NCBI GenBank assembly: GCA_043809245.1
Contig: JAZDDZ010000007.1
Coordinates: 1-64,000 of the forward strand
Source of the DNA: Candidatus Iainarchaeum sp.
GTDB taxonomy: Archaea; Iainarchaeota; Iainarchaeia; Iainarchaeales; JAZDDZ01
DNA: 64,000 bases
Reading direction: 5' to 3'
This document shows positions 43,801 through 49,136 of the stretch, in pieces (positions within the stretch are counted from its first letter, which is position 1; each line of letters starts with the position of its first letter). A program made the translations under genes and the position numbers. Below the pieces are notes generated by a model, which searched no databases, was not told the origin of the DNA, and saw only the letters and a list, made by a program, of their open reading frames with translations.

Positions 43801-46800
43801 AGAGGAATCAACCGCGTTATTGTCCTGAGGGTCAAAAACGTTGATGTCAATGAAGTAATTGCCGTCAGGAAGAGCGGAGTAATTCCAATCGTAAGTGCAT
43901 CGCCTTGAAACCGAAAAATTGGAGCTGGCACACCTTCCCGGAACGGAAAGATTATAGTCGTTAAGTATTTGGTTCTCAAAAGCGCCGGGTGTTGAAGAAT
44001 AATAAATGTCGGCAAACAACTGGTTGCTGTCTGCATCAGATACATTGAAGTCAAGGGTTTTGTTTCCCTGCAGGAAATACGTCCATGTTTGGTTTCCGTT
44101 GGGGGAATTAACCAAAGCGGTTGGCGCAGCGCCTTGTACAGTGAATGAAACCGCGGCAGCGGTTGAAGCATTCAATGCATTATCCCTGCAAGAATAATAA
44201 TAAGTATAAGAGCCGCCAGTCAAGTTTGTGAAATCGCAGGTTACTTGGCTGCCGGAAATCGCGCCGCAGGCATTGGCCATGCTAGCATAGGCAACATTCG
44301 TTGAATCCCATTTGCAGGAAACACCATTTGAATTGAAATCCGAAATTGAAAGCAAAAGATTGGTGTCATTGTCAGAAACACTGTCAAGATAAGGCTCTTC
44401 GGTGTCCCCTGCCAAAGAAACAACCGAAAGTACAGGCGCTGAATTGTCAAGCGAGAAATACGCATCAGAGGAATCAACGCTGTTGTTGTCCTGAGGGTCA
44501 AAAACATTTATATCAAGGAAATAATTGCCGTCGGAAACAGCGATAATGTTCCAATCGTAAGTGCATCTCCTTGAAACCGAGAAATTTGAGCTGGCGCACC
44601 TTCCGACAACAGACAAATTCCAGTCATTCACAATCTGTGTGGTAAAAGCGCCAGCGGAAGAAGAATAATAAATGTCGGCAAACAACTGGTTGCTGTCCGC
44701 GTCTGAAATGTTAAAATCAAGCACCGCATTCTTATCTCTAACATAAGAATTCGTGTCACCGCCATTAGGGGAATTTACCCGAATTGTTGGCGCAGCGCCT
44801 TGTACAGTGAAGGAAATCGCTTCTGCGGTTGAAGCATTCAATGCGTTGTCACTACAGGAATAATAATAATCGTAAGTTCCTGCGGCAACACTTCCGAATG
44901 CGCAAGTTATTTGATTGCCATCAATGGCGGAACAATCATTCGCCATGCTCGCATAGGCGACATTCGTTGAATCCCATTTGCAGGAAACACCCGCAAGATT
45001 GAAATCCGAAACCGAAAGAAGGAGATTGGAGTCGTTGTCAGAAACACTGTCAAGATAAGGCGCCTCAATGTCGCCAGCCAAAGAAACAACGGAAAGAATT
45101 GGCGCATTATTGTCAACAGTGAAAAACGCATCGGATGAATCTGCTGTTGCGGCGTTTGATGGGTCAAACACGTTTATGTCAATGAAGTAATTGCCGTCGC
45201 CCAAAGAAGAAAGCATTGTCCAGCCGTAATTGCAGTCAGTGGAGTCAAGGAAATTGGTGTCAGCGCATTGCCCCAAAGCATTTAGGTTCAAGTCATCAAC
45301 TATCTGCGTGGTGAAAGCGCCTTGGCTGTCTGAATAATAAATGTCAGCGTAAAGCCAGTCGTTGTCAGCGTCCATTACATTGAAGTCAATCGCATAATTG
45401 CCGTCCTTTGCGTAAGAAATTGTTTCACCGCCATTGGGTGCGTTTACGTTTGCATCAGGCGCAGTGTTTGCAACGTTGACTGTGAAGGAAAGCGTGGTGA
45501 TTGCGGAGTTGTTGTCCATTGCGTCGCCGCAGACGTAAAAGCGGTTGTAATCGTTGTTCATCAGGTAGCCGAAATCGCAGGCGTAAAGATTGCTGTTCTT
45601 GGCGCATTCTGTTGGCGAAGCCATTTGGGAATCGGAACTCCACCAGCATTTCACTCCAGCAAGCTCAAAGTCGTTGACGTCAAGGATTGCGTTTGTGTCA
45701 AAGTCCTTGAGTGTGTCCTCCCAAGGCGCGGAAGCGTCATTGGCTAAGCTTGACACGGAAATTGTTGGCGCAAAATTGTGCACCAAAAAGTTGTAATCGC
45801 TTGAATCCGTGGCGGGCGTGTTCTCTCCGTCGGAGACATTCAAGTCAATGAAGAAATTGCCGTCAGGGACAGCGGAAAGATTCCAGTTATACCAGCATTT
45901 TGTTGAGGAAGCAAAGGAATTGTTAGTGCAGGAAATTTTGTACAACTGCATTATTTCATCCGCGGAAAGCGCGCGGCTGAATATGCGGAGGTCGTCTGCT
46001 TTTCCTGTTGAGTAGGCGCCGCCAGTGGGGTCATAGCCTAAATACAGTGCGCCGCTGGAATCGTTGACGTCGCCTGAAGCTGAAGCGGAATTGCATTCCC
46101 CGCCGTTAACGAAAATTTTCCTGTCAGAGCCGTCAAGAGTGCAGGAAACCATATACCATTTGTTTGCGTCAAAGGTTCTCGTGCAGGAAATTGAGTCGCC
46201 GCTGGAAGCGGTTGCAAGATAGCATGTGGCGGAAGTGGTTGTAAGGCTTAAGCCCTTGTCTTCAGCGCCTGAAACCCATTTCCTTAACATCATGCTAGGC
46301 GTAGCCCACATGGAAATCGTCGCACTGGTTCCGAGTGCAAGTGAAGTCGGGCCGCTTGCATACTTGTTTGTTGCTGCCTGCAAGCCCGGGCCGAATTTTC
46401 CTGAAACCCAGCTCATTCCTCCATAAGTTGTTCCATTGCCTCCATTGCCGCTAAGGTCATTCACAGTGCTGCCGTTGTTTTCATCAATTGGCCACCAGAG
46501 CAGAAGCGAGGCGTCGCTTAGGATTCCGAGGTTTGCGTCCAAAAGTTTTGTGCCATATGCTGCTGGAGACATTGAATAGTAAATTGATACATTTAAGTCA
46601 GTTGAATCTGCATCGCTTACGTTGAAGTCAATTGAGATGTTTCCGTCGCGGTTATAGCTGTAGCGCTCGTAGCCAAGGGGCGAGAAAAGTGTTGCGTAAG
46701 TCGGCTGGGTTGACAGAACTTGGAAGGAAATTGAAGCGGTTGCAGAGGTATTAAGGCCAAGGTCTTTGCAGGCATAATAGCGGTCGTAAGCGCCTGAGCT

Positions 46801-48993
46801 TAAGTTTCCGAACGAACAGGTTTTAAGGCCTGTTGAACCAGAGCAATCGTTTGCCATGCTCGCATAAGCCACATTGCTTGAATCCCATTTGCAGGAAACC
46901 CCATTGGCGTTCAAATCGGAAATTGAAAGGGCAAGGTTTGTGTTGGAATCAACTAGAGAATCAGTGTAAGGTGCAGTGCTGTCGCCGTCAAGGTTGTTAA
47001 TTGAAACTACTGGCGCATTGTTGTCAAGCTGGAATAAAGCGTTGGAGGAATCTGTTCCAATGTTCTGCATGCTGTCAAACAGGTTTATGTCAATGAAGTA
47101 ATTGCCGTCGCCTAAGCCCATTAGGTTCCAGTCGTAATAGCATTCTGTTGATGCGGCGAAGCTGGTGTCGCGGCAGCTTGTAAGGTAAAGTGCCTGTATC
47201 TCCGAGGAAGTTAGTGCGGTTTTTGTGAAAAAGGGGTCGTCTATTAAGCCGTTGAAGTGCCCTCCGCAAGTTCCAAGCGAACAAGTTATACAAGCAGGGT
47301 AAGCTCCGATTGCCAATGGTTGAGTGTTATTCATGTTTGCATTGCTGTTATCCGTTCCCTGCCCTTCTAATGCTCCGTCAACGTAAATATAGCATTTGTC
47401 GTCTGCAACGCTTCTTACACCTATTACATTGTGCCATTGGTTGTCGTTTAAATCCGTTGTGCCTGTTGCTTGGCAAAACTTTGTTCCGTCACCCCAATCG
47501 CCAATGTAAACGTTTGCCTTTGCATTTGGGGCCACATTTATTCGGTAACCAATTACTGTGCAAATTGTTTTCGCAATTATTGCTTCCCCGCCCCCTCCAA
47601 GTGTTCGCACTTGTTCTATCGGGTGCTTTATCCACGCTCCCATTGAAAAACTTGTCGTTAAAAGCACGTTAAAGTCTACATCGTCGTTTCTGTATAGGTA
47701 TTGGTTTTGGTCTGGATTAAAGGATATTGCTGAACCATATCTCCCGTTTGCAGTCCAAGTTGGCGCATAGTTTCCTGTGCCGAATGAAAGATTGTTGGCG
47801 CCCGATGTGCTGTCAAGAGTTGTGGTGCCTGAGCCCTCGGAAAAATGCCACAGGCCTTTCAGGAGACCTGAGCCGTAAACTGAAAGGTTTAAGTCGTCTG
47901 CAATTTGCTTTGTGAAGGCGCCTGCAGTTGAAGAATAATATATGTCTGCGTAAATGGAATTGCTGTCTGAATCCGTTACATTGAAGTCGATTGAAATGTT
48001 TTTGTCGCTGTTGTAAGAGAATGACTGGCCTCCATTGGGGTAATTGACCAAAGCGGTTGGCGCGTTGCCTGAAACAGTGAAGTCAACTGAAGCGGTTGAA
48101 GAGGCGTTTGCAACCGCGTCCTGGCAGGCATAGTAAATTGTGTAAGAGCCTTTGAGCCCAGTGGCCTTGCACGATGACTTTCCTCCGGAAATTGCACTGC
48201 AGGAATTCGGAAGCGAAGCGTATGCAACGTTTGTTGTTCCCCACTTGCATGCCGCCGGGCTTCCCACGCCTGCATTTGAGTCGGAAACATTCAGTAGCAC
48301 GTTTGTGCTGCCGTTGTCAATCGTGTCCTCATATGGGCCTGTTGTGTCGCCTTCCACGCTGTTCAAGGAAACCGTTGGCGCGATTAAATCTGTTGTGTAA
48401 TTGCCTGTAATTGGATTGTTTGTTGCTGCAAGCGTGTTGTCGAAAAGGAAAGCAAACCAATTGTGCGTTGCGTTGTCTGATTCTGAAGTGAAGGAACAGG
48501 AGGGGTTTGCGGCGTAACTGCTTTGGCTGACTGAGCAATAGGTGCCTGCGCCGCAGCCGGAAATTGTTGCGCTGTTTGTCTGGCAGACGAATAGCTTCAA
48601 GGGATTGCTTTCGGAATCCGTCGCGCTTGTGCAGATGTAAACAGTTGAGCCGCCCTTTATTGTTGTCGCGGCTGTGCCGCAGCCCGCAACTTTTCCATCG
48701 GAAGCTGAAGTGAATGTCGGAGCGTAAGTGCCGAAGTAAATTATGTCTTCAACTGTCTTGTCGCTTACTTCCGCTTCAACTGCAGGGAATAAAAGGGTTT
48801 CCTGCGCGGCGGAGAGATTGTCCTTGAAAACCGTTGAGTCAAGCTCTTCCTGCGTGAAGGCATTGCGCCAGTCAAGGAAAGAGAAGGCATCGGAGCCTTT
48901 TGAAAAATCACCGAATGCGTTAACAAGAAGGGAAAGGCATACAATGCAGAGAATTAACGCTAAAGCTAACCTGATTCTGCCGCTTTCATTCAT
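28861..48993 (-). CDS. Giant secreted surface/adhesin protein, 6710 aa (Ig-like repeats, 4 LamG-like domains, DUF2341-like domain, Cys-rich repeats, CARDB)
   Basis: Uninterrupted 20.1-kb ORF; signal peptide; W.F.EGSG...IDD/DE LamG patterns; about 21 FSC..W...GC..DG..VY...D..GN repeats; three D..N.(V/I).ESNE.NN-type CARDB motifs. Confidence 0.92.
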   Translation of the reverse strand: MNESGRIRLALALILCIVCLSLLVNAFGDFSKGSDAFSFLDWRNAFTQEELDSTVFKDNLSAAQETLLFPAVEAEVSDKTVEDIIYFGTYAPTFTSASDGKVAGCGTAATTIKGGSTVYICTSATDSESNPLKLFVCQTNSATISGCGAGTYCSVSQSSYAANPSCSFTSESDNATHNWFAFLFDNTLAATNNPITGNYTTDLIAPTVSLNSVEGDTTGPYEDTIDNGSTNVLLNVSDSNAGVGSPAACKWGTTNVAYASLPNSCSAISGGKSSCKATGLKGSYTIYYACQDAVANASSTASVDFTVSGNAPTALVNYPNGGQSFSYNSDKNISIDFNVTDSDSNSIYADIYYSSTAGAFTKQIADDLNLSVYGSGLLKGLWHFSEGSGTTTLDSTSGANNLSFGTGNYAPTWTANGRYGSAISFNPDQNQYLYRNDDVDFNVLLTTSFSMGAWIKHPIEQVRTLGGGGEAIIAKTICTVIGYRINVAPNAKANVYIGDWGDGTKFCQATGTTDLNDNQWHNVIGVRSVADDKCYIYVDGALEGQGTDNSNANMNNTQPLAIGAYPACITCSLGTCGGHFNGLIDDPFFTKTALTSSEIQALYLTSCRDTSFAASTECYYDWNLMGLGDGNYFIDINLFDSMQNIGTDSSNALFQLDNNAPVVSINNLDGDSTAPYTDSLVDSNTNLALSISDLNANGVSCKWDSSNVAYASMANDCSGSTGLKTCSFGNLSSGAYDRYYACKDLGLNTSATASISFQVLSTQPTYATLFSPLGYERYSYNRDGNISIDFNVSDADSTDLNVSIYYSMSPAAYGTKLLDANLGILSDASLLLWWPIDENNGSTVNDLSGNGGNGTTYGGMSWVSGKFGPGLQAATNKYASGPTSLALGTSATISMWATPSMMLRKWVSGAEDKGLSLTTTSATCYLATASSGDSISCTRTFDANKWYMVSCTLDGSDRKIFVNGGECNSASASGDVNDSSGALYLGYDPTGGAYSTGKADDLRIFSRALSADEIMQLYKISCTNNSFASSTKCWYNWNLSAVPDGNFFIDLNVSDGENTPATDSSDYNFLVHNFAPTISVSSLANDASAPWEDTLKDFDTNAILDVNDFELAGVKCWWSSDSQMASPTECAKNSNLYACDFGYLMNNDYNRFYVCGDAMDNNSAITTLSFTVNVANTAPDANVNAPNGGETISYAKDGNYAIDFNVMDADNDWLYADIYYSDSQGAFTTQIVDDLNLNALGQCADTNFLDSTDCNYGWTMLSSLGDGNYFIDINVFDPSNAATADSSDAFFTVDNNAPILSVVSLAGDIEAPYLDSVSDNDSNLLLSVSDFNLAGVSCKWDSTNVAYASMANDCSAIDGNQITCAFGSVAAGTYDYYYSCSDNALNASTAEAISFTVQGAAPTIRVNSPNGGDTNSYVRDKNAVLDFNISDADSNQLFADIYYSSSAGAFTTQIVNDWNLSVVGRCASSNFSVSRRCTYDWNIIAVSDGNYFLDINVFDPQDNNSVDSSDAYFSLDNSAPVLSVVSLAGDTEEPYLDSVSDNDTNLLLSISDFNSNGVSCKWDSTNVAYASMANACGAISGSQVTCDFTNLTGGSYTYYYSCRDNALNASTAAAVSFTVQGAAPTALVNSPNGNQTWTYFLQGNKTLDFNVSDADSNQLFADIYYSSTPGAFENQILNDYNLSVPGRCASSNFSVSRRCTYDWNYSALPDGNYFIDINVFDPQDNNAVDSSDQNFRINNSGAAPTVVLALPNGGEQISYPNDGNYLLDFNVLDSDSSVLYADIYYSSAAGAFQNQIADNVNLANAFTVPATYQSWWKFGEGSGTTLRDANTTAANNLALSGSVSWVSGVFDKAITFSDSPDSYATRGDDPDFDIKLADSFSVGMWVKTTDLSGDLISKYSTYYALPIAGWAISVPYGLATFSVGNNLWNGLSCVCYGSRIADNHWHHIIGVRNVSTNSCYLYVDGALACTGTDNSTANMNNSEEIDIGKGFAGTIDEPFFIRRALSAAEASRISWCADRDFSDSTKCVYLWKTINGVADGNYFIDLNAFDPQDNNAVDSSDAFFELDNTAPVIAINNIGGDSTAPYLDSTNDSSTGIVLDITDFNAASVSCSWGTANLSFASLPNSCTRSASQFSCDLGNLADGNYTRYYACRDALLNTSSTGMVSFLVNALGPVTSSDINSGFIPSGFSASLFCSSPRGWLDSDYAYRKIITIDNSASATTLNNTYTLDVNAIDTAALIAAGKMKSNCSDLRVAYNGTTELSREVIGCNTTNTVIQFKLQNTISAGTIDYNYFLFYGNPSAGSPPNNYPDIFYLGDNFNDNSLKTLPARGFRTNNGSDANILVETSGRLLFNSTNDYEILAFNIGNSGDWALTAKLNSYTVNNDTHTGIYVGNLSVGTSGIAADYFGRYKYASRSVYCGEEAIGEGDNFQVVRRYPDGCYVGSMPSYASTTLPAWLRIIRRGGYNLYLISFNGTDWTQIGSYVSLNSAPLSASAPYFGLFSQVYSGSVAASFDNLSVKKDIATPPSYLLGGEEIYSQNNSACASTKYRLDSDASNAVSYGSWADYNSAIAFSADGNYAIQFYSIDNLGKTEPTNTMHAVIGTPVAPDANFNVLLQDTTINARYNSNFLIDFNVTDADFNVFSGNLHASIYYSSSPGQFSNSLVQNFDLNSLANPSLIGYWPLDEGSGYTAHDKGGVGTNLGLIFASSGSTYTNVGSHWVAGKMGQWAVDLNTIEKLRIANDFTFSTLTNALTLSMWVYPKDSGSAQTWALSDWLGVLTRNSGGTVSYSRSVESTPNYLTTITSTSNFTYNVWNHLSVTCSQENSAISLYVNGYADSSATLPASVPCIYPNYTNTTYFGMRMTNTGTLPNYPGMLSIDEIKLYNRALSKGELLREKLFAFPQPCSDVNFSNQADCGYDWNLSAIATGEYYIDINIFDDQGKSKTISSPAKLIISNFADTTGPTGSILINSGDIGTTSTTLDLSLTYSDDASGVANMSFSCNGTAWTAWESVSSTKSFSILSADNSAVGCDAEASSGYGSKTVYARFQDAEDNNGSSAYDTIFYDDAGAPTGNSVNISTFSGRNGYTNNITPPMSTTSTLAYYMKFSCDNATYSSNASYASAYSAFDVTLIANGCSSSDSNRTVYAIYSDSIGNSASAVQISPANSLYLDRTIPIVSSFTITDSSGYTNDTSPQFDITATDTGSSGLDSMKFSCNGKDWSNWFNYSATLNASTDDFNIGDYNLGCPGYESGLVTVYAKARDKAFNESEIISDTTYYDINPPNASVSIASNAPVLTDANLLLVISAYDDGSGVKDFALSCDNSSYSSWYDYNSYYVDENRAALIDFNALSGAGCSNNDGAIIIYAKARDNLNNTVTVYTTATLDLPIGPSEVDIDIIDNSGYTNNANPQMRIQAGASLDVNAIRFSCDNSTWGAEAVMQSDYNGFNITSGAGCSASEGAKTIYAQFYSPSLGSWAYTASDSTTYDATVPSGSVAINAAAYYVTGYTSDTTPLLNTTASDALSGLHEMSFSCDANNFTGWVVYKSQYFDFNLLDDSQGGCSNTDGNKTVYVKFKDKAGNQILANSSNDTVLTLQGDKTDFGGLIFFDDGDSFVIDTTNPYDVNVELDVAQWSGTLGYTNDDAPPLVVNGKDLIAGLHDMAFSCNGVDFSPKGQYTKYYSNFDVKPNSTQYGCTTRDGQRKVYIRITDRAGNAVVGSADTGVWWLDTENPTLSSVLVDSSMNNTTADSAPAISISAYDLVSGLYDLNMSCGSSGPWRTYSYSSIISDFNILSPVYGCTNGEGGRRVYAVVRDKAYNQSEVQFDDIIFDTSATTTPSVGIDGYAKNSWVRGATVTLTCTATASDVASYDFDYTLSDDGTGWTELATGDTDGSYAWVTPANDLNFAIRCRYKDNAANYSVYDYAYYLGLDKTAPTTTDDIPSGWQTSITVTLTCSDANGPSGCQRTYYKINSGGWVFYSSPFVLNLEGINTVYYYSLDNAGNTESLKSKTASIDAIQPTLNSITISDIGGYTNSSKPAIFVSATGDASYIKFNCNNSSTWQAFSYKISQGSIASFDVSQAGYGCLSGANGSVNVYAKLVDLAGNESAVVSDSTYYDTAAPTGTIIIENGAASTNDSTPLLSLSASDAASGVTEMQFSCNASSWSGWVPYATSYSAFNIYTTSYGCSLSDGLRRIYVRFRDKVGNVGPSASDLILVDLGPPVNNSISVTGFTGTPRYTSSTTPPLAISSNGASYMRFSCSSNPSSFSGNTPYSSSYSSFDIATGAGCSNTDGAKQVYAIFEDDTNNSSAPVSTYANGGYFYLDRSKPALNSLSITKTSGYTSDTTPSATLSASDATSGVHEARFSCNGTSWGAWASYSSSMVPNINLRYGFNGCLNSVDGNVTLYAQLRDKAYNISNEIRSDSVYVDTTGPTATISIEGGAETTSDYTPALSITGNDGTGIGVSQMQFSCNGSTWNAAWVNFSAAYSDFNIINSALGGCTYAAGTKYVFVRLRDTLGNIGEAASDSIILNWTPITGGNSITIIDNFGYTNNATPQMNISTNVSGTTLTHMRFSCDNSAWAAEVPYNTTYSSFNIASGSNGCSTANGSKTVYVQFKDSVGTWGYVASDSTTYDTVPPTGNSIAVNYTGATGYVNTALPTFALSSTGANRVRLSCNGITYTNPAIYSETYNSFNIKPQATAYGCPTSDGNRTVYAIYLDYAGNSAAAVNTASFVLDTAPPTSLALSTTYSGLDGYINTATPALALSATDGLSGLSGMQFSCNASDWTGWEAFASTKSNFNLESGSYGCGSTDGSTTVYARARDRAYNVSASAARSLIVDTQAPQNPSIFIERWTGESGYTFDDAPPLVMAATDATSGVYEMQYSCDNSDWTYPWIVYSYRYSTFDARPAAQQYGCTTGQGQKIIYVRFRDRAYNVSGEANTGYWILDQNAPLNLSISIEVFTGLGGYTNDSTPEFLLTADDTISGLSKARFSCNGFGFTDWFAFDGSDTYNSSTNDFDVKSGFNGCAAEDGNKTIYVEVMDKAGVFSVVSNSGIGADSFYVDTVVPSVSIDAPGENQFVSGNVLLYNTISDSGSGISSAWLTINSAAGPEGTTAGYPFDVNLSSAQSWDADWNSDSPVAEDLYALSVYAVDRAGNTSTAQRSFAVSRAAPTIQFLVPNPNNRYYSGSIDYNVYFQHFLLDDANVQVKNNSDGNSVISTQSASGLAATATTSKYLGTTANLSAYSDGTIFWVEAQAQDTAANHSSATTYFIVDNSNPTGSIAVLDTNGYTRSTNPDLNLSATDSTSSVESMRFSCDNSNWTGWAAFSSRYSGLSLIDSTAGCTSSDGSKTVYVQFRDSAGNISSSYSDTTTLDRAAPSGTIQIEGGSQTTNNDTPTLTLSAADNGGIGLKDMRFSCDSYTWAQYVNYATTYSDFNIFDTTIGGCIAGQGFREVYVQFRDSLDNLSHFFFDTIYVDMNIDSAAELEDCPDFIESENVSLAWAGASDSNSLAYFKIFISPNGQAWQELHQTSTAGETTYDFNFLAVDLNGVCGDGKCNPGENCPNDSLNCPIGTACTSGCRPQTGTTTNYSCGDGICSPGEYCPTDTLNGCAAGFFCRSGCQPDQNTIINDPTNPCGNGTCSTGEYCIYDNSYCYDAYGSDWVCKGGAGVDGCVQTTTVNYVCGDGTCDIGENCITDNSSCEVGNACINGCVPTNDTSALSGGKSFNAFQGSLDGFMYYRVETYDSVGNKANSTTKRCTIDKESPFQVPYTNGRAIVRSTSYGDYNLFIPSTGMASGADTNISIDYNSSPPTFQRGRLYAAFNFDAPEGTLTFLSDKPAKLTLTYSEGELSCAPTCSTADEQKLKIYRWDVDSNDWIAMQSTVDTVNNKITADMNHFSPWGYGEDTNAPTLASATISDSTCNQAQGCTSDSTPTITLVASADASDMNISCSASGPWLNQAYTSSVTNFDIASGSYGCGSTDGAATVYVKVSDDSGNWSSALSDSTYYDSTAPTLSITFPSDGASQSSSTVEIVYTGSDSGAGIKNYWVKVDSSAWINNSTNTSYSFDLQELGEHAYSVIATDNLDQNSSTESVTITVTSGGGPTGGEVCGNGSCTTSETRANCPADCWVCGDSFCDSPYESSANCAGDCPAQSCSDGTAYNACSAAKPLFCSNGSLVNDCSDCGCPNSGDTCNTDGSCTSVQADLTATLTSSGIAQNNSKVSFAAAVYNLGSTSATSFRVSLREGSPSGREIASRTVNSLAGSDGTSLLFEFTYDANDAAMASWQGKTISFYEVVDPDNSVAESNEANNNASTTVYFAGPELCGNLFDDNLNGLVDEGCIPNLFFKRIDVGKPVFVAGDLVRVDFNVLISSEDFDSNNFYVSFFENTLASQGIAVTFIGSLKKDKDVIMLFYYEEPVAQVITINTAGAVKQPAATALFQSEGTASTFYVFVDSTEVVTESNEQDNIMEVDIGSLITDLSFESSSVPATVFQGQRIDVNAVIANNSQADSGAFAVSVLLDKQTVASGNVPSLAPGAKANVHFSVNSGSISGAHDINILIDPSNLIAESDETNNNKFHLVFVEAGTELIYSYAKFLQQEQIVAGFWKPLADSSAYAFSVQGNSLAVSREISETQYNPDYSFSSNYLNSSLSTNAPYTLNISKNAVSFGSHDFSIIDKNMSAAYSQINGTSVSWWLDPVFLKRMHYERINNLSMIWWQQFLGGGA
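43790..45140 (-). repeat. Tandem intragenic duplication, 666-bp (222-aa) period
   Basis: Shared anchors offset by exactly 666 bp: TTCCAATCGTAAGTGCATC (43883/44549), GGTTGAAGCATTCAATGC (44161/44827), GTCAGAAACACTGTCAAGATAAGGC (44371/45037). Confidence 0.9.
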
Positions 48994-49051
48994 GAAATTA
49001 CGCCTACCGTTAAAGCGATTTTCGCTGTGATGCCCCTGTGTGGTTTTATTG

Positions 49052-49092
49052 CTTAATATATCTCTTAATATATCATCTCTAATATTTATAAA
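49052..49092 (-). promoter_or_regulatory. Promoter of the giant gene with tandem direct repeats
   Basis: TTTATAAA at 49085-49092; CTTAATATATC repeated at 49052-49062 and 49064-49074, with a degenerate third copy at about 49077-49087. Confidence 0.55.
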
Positions 49093-49136
49093 TTTTGGCT
49101 AAAAGGAGGCTGGAAAATGCTTGTTTTTTGAAAAAA

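Noticed and set aside
28861-48993. CRISPR array or DGR template/variable repeats among the repeats
   Set aside because: Repeats are in-frame protein domain repeats with no spacer structure or adenine-specific mismatch pattern, and no cas or reverse transcriptase gene is present
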